Assembly (NCBI GenBank): GCA_963819095.1
Contig: CAWFUO010000001.1
Location: forward strand, 265,792-329,791
Direction: 5' to 3'
Origin: Candidatus Dormiibacterota bacterium
GTDB taxonomy: Bacteria > Chloroflexota > Dormibacteria > Aeolococcales > Aeolococcaceae
DNA: 64,000 bases
The translations under genes were made by a program, and so were the position numbers. How positions within the stretch are numbered: the stretch's first letter is position 1; each line of letters begins with the position of its first letter. The notes below the pieces were generated by a model. That model did not search any database and was not told the origin of the DNA. It saw only the letters and a program-made list of their open reading frames with translations. Below are positions 58,394 to 64,000 of the stretch, in pieces.

Positions 58394-60751
58394 ATGCCCA
58401 GCCGCCTGCCCTCGTCGCCGCCTGCGCCCCCCGAGGTCGAGACGAGTGTTCCGCCTCCACCACCAGACCCCCTTCCGCCCACTGACGGCGCGTCGAACGT
58501 GCCGTGGCCATGGAGGGTCTACGGCGCCCTGACCGCCTATCTGGGGCTGCCGGTCATTGCGGCGTGGATCGCAGCGGCCGTCCTGGCGGTCATGTTCCTG
58601 CCCGACTTCGGGGCTGCATCCGGGTTTGGCCTCATCCAACTCGTCCCCTCGAACACTCCTGCGTTGCGGGCCCAGGCGACCGAGCAGCGCCTCTTTGGAT
58701 CGTCGCTCGCCGACAGCCCGGCGCTCGTGGTCGAGCACACTCCGCGCACCCTGCCACCGTCGTCGCTGCTCGCGATCGCCAGTCAAGCCAAGTCCGTGGA
58801 TGGTTCACATCCCGCGTCGGCGCCTGCCGACCGGCCCTCCTTCGCGCTGCCGCTGACCAATATCCCTGGGCTGACTTCGACCTCGGGAACGCCCGCGAAC
58901 ACCGCCGTCACCTTTCTCTTCTTTCCATCGACGGCAGTCTCCGGCGACATCAGCACCGGCGCATCGCGCTACGCGGCGGCAGCACCCCGGCCGCCGGGGG
59001 CCACGGTCGGGATCACCGGCCCGGTGCCGGCTCAGCTCAGCGAGGGCGACCTCATCGAGAACGCGCTGGTCCTGCTCGAGATCGTGACCGTGGTCGTGAT
59101 CGCGGTCCTCGTGGGGTTGATCTTCCGATCCCCGGTCGCTCCGCTGGTGCCGCTCGCGGGTGCGGGGATCGCGTACGTCATCAGCCGGCACGTCCTGGGC
59201 TGGGGATCGCACCTGCTCGGTCTCCAGATTCCGTCCCAGCTGGCGCCGATCGTGATCGTGCTCATCCTCGGCGTGGTCACCGATTACTCCGTATTCACGC
59301 TGACAGGGATGCGCGGCCGTCTCGCCGCGGGGGAACGACGAACCGAAGCGCTTCGCCACTCGTCGTCCCGGGTCGTCCCATTGGTCATCGCGGCAGCGCT
59401 CACGGTGGCGGCGGGGACCGTCGCGCTGGTCGGAGCGGGCCTCGACTTCTTTCACGTGGTGGGCCCCGGGATGGCCGTCGCGGTGATCGTCTCCGGGCTC
59501 GTGTCGATCTCATTCGTGCCGGCGCTCGTCGGCGTTCTGGGCAGGGTCGCGTTCTGGCCGACCCTGCCGAGACGCCACGCGGATCCATCGCGACGTCAGG
59601 AGGAGCGTGGCGGTGGCCGGATGCTCCTCGCCAGGTTGATCAGCAGGCGGTGGGCCGCGGCGCTCACTGCGCTCGTCAGCGTTGCGGTTCTGCTTGCCGC
59701 GGCATCGGGGCTTGCACACGCGCGCCTGGGAACCAATGTCATCAGCGGGCTTCCGTCCACCAGCGGGCCCCGCCAGGCCGCCGATGCGGCGGCGGCCGGT
59801 TTCGGCCCGGGCATCGTGGGTCCGACCACCTTGACCCTTCAGGGGCCGAAGATCGCGAGTGCGGGCGCACGGTTGGGTCGGCTCGAGGCGGCCCTGCGGC
59901 GCAGCCCGGGGGTGAGCGCGGTGGTCGGGCCCGGTGAACTGCCAGCAAACCTCGCCGCACCGGTCTTTGCGACGTCGACCGGCGATGCGGTGCGCCTCTT
60001 CATCGTCCTCCACGACGATCCGTATGACGCCGCTGCCATCGGCGTCTTCAACGATCTGCAGCAGCGCACCCCCCGTCTACTCTCCGCGGCTGGACTGGGT
60101 CATGCGTCAGCCGCCTGGTCCGGCGCGACGCCGTCTGCCGCTGACGCTGTCGCCGCTACCAGCACGGATATCTGGCGAGTCGCCCTGCTTGCTGCCGTGA
60201 TGATGAGCCTGGTCCTGATGCTCTACTTCCGCGCTATCCCGGCGCCACTGCTGTTGATCGCATCGAGCGCTCTCGGCCTGGCGGCGTCACTGGGAGTTTT
60301 CGTCGCCGCGTTCCAGGGGCCGCTCGGATACCCGGACGTCACCTTCTTCGTCCCCGTGACCGCTGGAGTCCTGCTGGTCTCGCTCGGGGCCGACTACAGC
60401 GTGTTCGTGATGGGCCGCATCTGGGAGGAGGCACGCGGCCGCGACATGGCATCCGCTGTCGAGGCCGCGCTGCCCCGCGCCTCGCGGGCTGTCTCGATCG
60501 CGGCGGTGACCCTGGCAGCAAGCTTCGCGGTGCTCGCGCTGGTGCCGGTCCAGCCGTTTCGGGAATTCGCTTTCATCATGGGCGCCGGCGTGCTGATCGA
60601 CGCTTTCCTCGTGCGCACATTTCTGCTGCCCGCACTCCTCGTGCTCGCGGGACCGCGCGCTTTCTGGCCCCACCGGACTGCGGGCAGGCGGGTCGGACTC
60701 GCTAACGGAGCGCTTCGAGCGGGTCCTGTCCCGTCGCAGCGAACCGGGTGA
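58394..60751 (+). CDS. MMPL family (RND superfamily) transporter
   Basis: Two 6-TM bundles are each followed by an extracytoplasmic domain. MMPL-type motifs (GVVTDYSVF, GADYSVFVMGRIWEE) are present. Confidence 0.88.
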   Translation: MPSRLPSSPPAPPEVETSVPPPPPDPLPPTDGASNVPWPWRVYGALTAYLGLPVIAAWIAAAVLAVMFLPDFGAASGFGLIQLVPSNTPALRAQATEQRLFGSSLADSPALVVEHTPRTLPPSSLLAIASQAKSVDGSHPASAPADRPSFALPLTNIPGLTSTSGTPANTAVTFLFFPSTAVSGDISTGASRYAAAAPRPPGATVGITGPVPAQLSEGDLIENALVLLEIVTVVVIAVLVGLIFRSPVAPLVPLAGAGIAYVISRHVLGWGSHLLGLQIPSQLAPIVIVLILGVVTDYSVFTLTGMRGRLAAGERRTEALRHSSSRVVPLVIAAALTVAAGTVALVGAGLDFFHVVGPGMAVAVIVSGLVSISFVPALVGVLGRVAFWPTLPRRHADPSRRQEERGGGRMLLARLISRRWAAALTALVSVAVLLAAASGLAHARLGTNVISGLPSTSGPRQAADAAAAGFGPGIVGPTTLTLQGPKIASAGARLGRLEAALRRSPGVSAVVGPGELPANLAAPVFATSTGDAVRLFIVLHDDPYDAAAIGVFNDLQQRTPRLLSAAGLGHASAAWSGATPSAADAVAATSTDIWRVALLAAVMMSLVLMLYFRAIPAPLLLIASSALGLAASLGVFVAAFQGPLGYPDVTFFVPVTAGVLLVSLGADYSVFVMGRIWEEARGRDMASAVEAALPRASRAVSIAAVTLAASFAVLALVPVQPFREFAFIMGAGVLIDAFLVRTFLLPALLVLAGPRAFWPHRTAGRRVGLANGALRAGPVPSQRTG

Positions 60752-61481
60752 GCCGGTCCTCGGCGATGTCGACGGCGCGCTCATCGATGTCCGCACCGAT
60801 GAACTCGCAACCGGCGCGCAGCGCCGCTACTCCGGCTGAGCCGCTGCCGCAGAACGGGTCGCAGACGAGGAATCCTGGCTCGGCGCTCGCCTGCACCATG
60901 TTCTCGAAGAGCTTCACCGGTTTCTGCGTCGGGTATGCCGCGCGATGGATGCGCGGCACCGCCCACACGTCGGGAAGGTCGCGTCGAGAGAGCTTCCGGC
61001 GGCCCTTGCTCGCAAACACGATCTGCTCGTGACGCCGGCGGAAGTAGTGGCCCATGCCGAGGTGCACCTTGTCCCAGACCACCACACCCTTGACGTCGAA
61101 GCACTCGCGCACGAGCGCCCCGAGCGACAGCATCGAGAAGCTGTCGAACATGATGTAGATGTGGCGGTTCGACCGGAGCACGCGGTGACATTCGCCGAGG
61201 AACACCGCATACGACTCGGGGTCGTCTGAGAACTCGTGAAACCAGCGTTCGTTGTCGGGCTTTCCGTAATGTCCGACGATCCGCCCGTGTCCGAGGCGCA
61301 GGTGCCGGTTCATGCCCGAGTACGCTGGGTCGGTCACGATCAGGTCCACTGATTCGCTGGGTAGCCCTCGAAGAAACTCGATGCAGTCCTGCACGCGAAT
61401 ATCGAAGCGGCCGGTGGGGGCAGGAGAGAATGCCGCGGCGCTTGCTGCTGCGGAGGCGTCACCGGCAGTGCGGGCGATCAT
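60702..61481 (-). CDS. beta-class N4/N6 DNA methyltransferase (N6_N4_Mtase family)
   Basis: Motif IV variant IVTDPAYSG precedes YPTQKPVKLF and motif I CDPFCGSGS, which is the beta-class order. The start is at Met 61481; the upstream part of the listed ORF overlaps the divergent gene. Confidence 0.85.
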   Translation of the reverse strand: MIARTAGDASAAASAAAFSPAPTGRFDIRVQDCIEFLRGLPSESVDLIVTDPAYSGMNRHLRLGHGRIVGHYGKPDNERWFHEFSDDPESYAVFLGECHRVLRSNRHIYIMFDSFSMLSLGALVRECFDVKGVVVWDKVHLGMGHYFRRRHEQIVFASKGRRKLSRRDLPDVWAVPRIHRAAYPTQKPVKLFENMVQASAEPGFLVCDPFCGSGSAGVAALRAGCEFIGADIDERAVDIAEDRLTRFAATGQDPLEALR

Positions 61482-61562
61482 CGCACGAACGGCCGTTCGC
61501 TCATCGCCGCAACTGTAGCAGCGAGACCGGCTCCACAACCGCCCGCTTACACTGCCGCCCGC

Positions 61563-62288
61563 ATGGCACACGGCTTCGAGCGACAGGTGCGCGCACGCGA
61601 GGAGTACCAGCGTCGCAACCCTTCCTGGCTCGACAGCGTGAGCCGCTACCGAGCCCTGATTGGAGAACTGTCGGCGCAGGGAGCTCGAATCCTCGACGTC
61701 GGTTGTGGCCGCAATGGGCTGCACGGCGACGATCTCTCGTGCGCACCCGGCTCGGTCATTGTCGGCGTGGACCCGGACCCTGCAGCGCTCGCCGCCAATC
61801 GGGTCATCGCGCAGCGCGTCGTCGGCTCCGGTGAGGATCTGCCGTTTACCCGGCATGCGTTCGACGTCGTCGCGTCGGCGTGGGTGCTCGAGCACCTCGA
61901 TCATCCCGGCCTCGTCTTCTCCGAGGTGCACCGCGTGCTCGCGCCGGGCGGCGCCTTCGTTTTCCTGACGCCGAACGCGTGGAACTACAACGCCTGGATG
62001 ATCAGGGCGATCCCCCATCGATGGCATGCGGGCATCACGCGGCGCCTCTACGGTCGAGGCGAAGGTGACGCCTATCCGGTTCGCTACCGAGCGAACAGCA
62101 GCGGCCAGTTGCGCCGGCTGCTCAACGCAGCCGGCTTCGCTCACACCACGCTGCTCTACAACGGCGACCCGTCCTACATCGCGTTCAACCGCCCTCTGCT
62201 CGAGGCCTCATTCGGCATCGAGCGCGTTCTCGCCACGCCCGGTTTTCGTCGCGCGCAGGTGCACATCCTCGGCATCGCCCGAGCATGA
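61563..62288 (+). CDS. class I SAM-dependent methyltransferase (Methyltransf_11 type)
   Basis: The motifs ILDVGCGRNG, FDVVASAWVLEHL and LAPGGAFVFLTPN are present. Confidence 0.85.
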   Translation: MAHGFERQVRAREEYQRRNPSWLDSVSRYRALIGELSAQGARILDVGCGRNGLHGDDLSCAPGSVIVGVDPDPAALAANRVIAQRVVGSGEDLPFTRHAFDVVASAWVLEHLDHPGLVFSEVHRVLAPGGAFVFLTPNAWNYNAWMIRAIPHRWHAGITRRLYGRGEGDAYPVRYRANSSGQLRRLLNAAGFAHTTLLYNGDPSYIAFNRPLLEASFGIERVLATPGFRRAQVHILGIARA

Positions 62289-62317
62289 GGCCCGATCCCG
62301 GCGTCTAAACTCAGCTC

Positions 62318-63481
62318 GTGTCCATCGACATGACCACCGAGCAGCGCGAGATCGTCGGCATGGTCCGCGACTTCGTGGAGCGCGAGATCTTCCCGGTCGC
62401 CCACGACCTCGACCACGACGACGTCTACCCCGAGAAGATCGTGGCGCAGATGAAGCAGCTCGGCTTCTTCGGCTTCGCGATCCCCGAGGCGTACGGAGGA
62501 ACCGGCCTCGACTACGCAACGTACGCAATGGTGTGCGAGGAGATAGCGAGGGGTTGGATGTCGATCACCGGCATCATCAACACCCATTTCATCGTCAGCT
62601 TCCTGCTCGACAACTTCGGAACGGACGAGCAGAAGCAGCGATTTCTGCCGCGCATGGCCACCGGCGAGCACCACGGCGGCTTCTCGATGAGCGAGCCCAA
62701 CTGCGGATCCGATGTGCAGGCGATTCAGACGCGCGCGATCCGTGATAACGGCGAATACGTCATCAACGGCACCAAGATGTGGGCCACGAACGGCGAGCAC
62801 TCGACGGTGGTTGCAACACTGGTGAAGACCGATCCCGCCGCCACGCCGCCGCACCGCGGCATGTCGTGCATCCTCGCCGAGAAGCAGTATCCCGGCTTCA
62901 CCTCATCGCGCCGTATCGAGAAGCTTGGCTACAAAGGCGTCGAGACGACAGAGCTGGTCTTCGAGGACAACCGCCAACCCGCGAACAACCTGCTCGGCGA
63001 GGTCGAGGGGCAGGGATTCAAGCAGATGATGGCCGCGATCGAGGTGGGGCGCGTCAACGTCGCGGCGCGCGGCGTCGGAGTCGCACAGCGAGCGTTCGAG
63101 CTGTCAATCGCGTATGCCCAGCAGCGCCATGCCTTCGGTGTCCCGATCGCGCAGCACGAGGCCATCCAGTTCAAGCTCGCCGACATGGCCACGAAGATCC
63201 AGGCCGCGCGGCTGCTCACCAACTACGCGGCTCGCAAGAAGGACGCCGGCGAACGGGCCGACGTGGAGTGCGGTATGGCCAAGCTCTTCGCCAGCGAGGC
63301 GTGCTTCGAAGTCGTGAGCGAAGCGCTTCGCGTTCATGGTGGCTATGGATTCTCGAAGGAATATGAGGTCGAGCGTCTCTACCGCGACGCGCCGCTGCTC
63401 ATCATCGGCGAAGGAACCAATGAGATCCAGCGTCTGATCATCGCCAAGGGATTGCTCGAGCGCTACCGCGTCACCGGGTGA
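62318..63481 (+). CDS. acyl-CoA dehydrogenase
   Basis: The protein is ACAD-like over its full length (GFSMSEPNCGSDV, catalytic-base region YRDAPLLIIGEGTNEIQ). Confidence 0.93.
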   Translation: MSIDMTTEQREIVGMVRDFVEREIFPVAHDLDHDDVYPEKIVAQMKQLGFFGFAIPEAYGGTGLDYATYAMVCEEIARGWMSITGIINTHFIVSFLLDNFGTDEQKQRFLPRMATGEHHGGFSMSEPNCGSDVQAIQTRAIRDNGEYVINGTKMWATNGEHSTVVATLVKTDPAATPPHRGMSCILAEKQYPGFTSSRRIEKLGYKGVETTELVFEDNRQPANNLLGEVEGQGFKQMMAAIEVGRVNVAARGVGVAQRAFELSIAYAQQRHAFGVPIAQHEAIQFKLADMATKIQAARLLTNYAARKKDAGERADVECGMAKLFASEACFEVVSEALRVHGGYGFSKEYEVERLYRDAPLLIIGEGTNEIQRLIIAKGLLERYRVTG

Positions 63482-64000
63482 GCACCTGCAGTCCGGACAC
63501 GCCGGCAAGGCGCTGACGCATCACCTCGATGGCTGCGGGCTGATCGTCCACGAGGAGAAAGCGCCGGCCCAGCTCTGAGGCAGCGGCTCCGGTGGTGCCG
63601 CTGCCCGCGCACCAGTCCACAACGAGATCTCCCGGGCGCGATGACGCGGCCACGATGCGGCGTACGACACCGAGCGGTTTTTGAGTCGGATACCCGGTGC
63701 GCTCGCGCGATGACGTTGGAACGATGGTGTGCCACCAGACATCGGTTGGCAGCTTGCCGCGCGCCGCGCGCTCGGGGGTCTGCAATCTTGGTGCCATATA
63801 AGGCTCGCGGGTCACCTCGGACGCGTCAAAGTGGTAGCCACGCGGATCTTTGACGTACACGAGAATCACGTCGTGTTTGGCGGGCCAGCGGCGCTTGGTC
63901 CTCGCGCCGTAGTCATATGCCCACACGACTTCGTTCAGGAAGCTCGCCCGTCCGAAGACCTCGTCGAGCAGCACCTTGCAGTAGTGCGATTCGCGTGGGT
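63471..64000 (-). CDS. beta-class N4/N6 DNA methyltransferase, 5' end off-window
   Basis: YPTQKPLGVVRRIV and motif I VDWCAGSGTTG are present. The frame stays open upstream of the listed Met through nt 64000. Confidence 0.8.
   Translation of the reverse strand, partial: PRESHYCKVLLDEVFGRASFLNEVVWAYDYGARTKRRWPAKHDVILVYVKDPRGYHFDASEVTREPYMAPRLQTPERAARGKLPTDVWWHTIVPTSSRERTGYPTQKPLGVVRRIVAASSRPGDLVVDWCAGSGTTGAAASELGRRFLLVDDQPAAIEVMRQRLAGVSGLQVLTR

Overview
A 64-kb chromosomal segment from a very high-G+C bacterium. Codon third positions are almost all G/C, GTG starts are frequent, and many neighbouring genes overlap by 4 nt (ATGA/GTGA). The gene content (MMPL transporter, GT87/DUF2029, InhA-type FabI, TadE/TadG-like proteins, CcdA) fits an Actinomycetota- or Chloroflexota-like lineage, but I cannot resolve this without a search. 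I can support about 58 protein-coding genes, one tRNA and a few non-coding elements. The recognisable blocks are listed below.
- An S9 peptidase, a marR-MFS-AKR unit, an acyl-CoA synthetase-like gene, an S53 peptidase and a hotdog thioesterase.
- A small TadE/TadE/TadG-like cluster.
- A chain-coupled hutH-hutU-hutG-hutI-aminotransferase operon.
- A Trx(DUF255)/BNR/CPBP/HIT block, followed by purA.
- A Trx-NHL / DnaJ-like / BNR / CcdA / two-component block.
- A carboxyltransferase, uppP, an M50 protease and fabI-fabF.
- A 1541-aa double GGDEF-EAL protein.
- An SF1B helicase / Grx-PDZ / ECF sigma / ogt cluster.
- citE-like, MMPL and acyl-CoA dehydrogenase genes, and two beta-class DNA methyltransferases.
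I found no transposase, integrase, phage gene, CRISPR array or recognisable toxin or defence operon. Most long antisense ORFs in the track are G+C artefacts.
The most notable observations are these.
(1) Seven single-base +1 frame breaks, all in short homopolymer runs, interrupt otherwise well-conserved genes. Assembly error is the likeliest cause.
(2) A 74-nt tRNA has an irregular anticodon arm and is followed by 23-bp tandem repeats.
(3) A repeat-rich 0.3-kb spacer sits inside the tad-like operon.
(4) An A+T-rich island carries a minus-strand extended -10 promoter and two intrinsic terminators, suggesting a candidate sRNA.
(5) A tightly packed cluster encodes a helicase (Zn-ribbon, poly-Arg tail), a Cys-less Grx-PDZ protein, an ECF sigma factor and Ogt. 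The sigma and ogt genes are translationally coupled. This is my best candidate for an undescribed module, but it rests on inference only.
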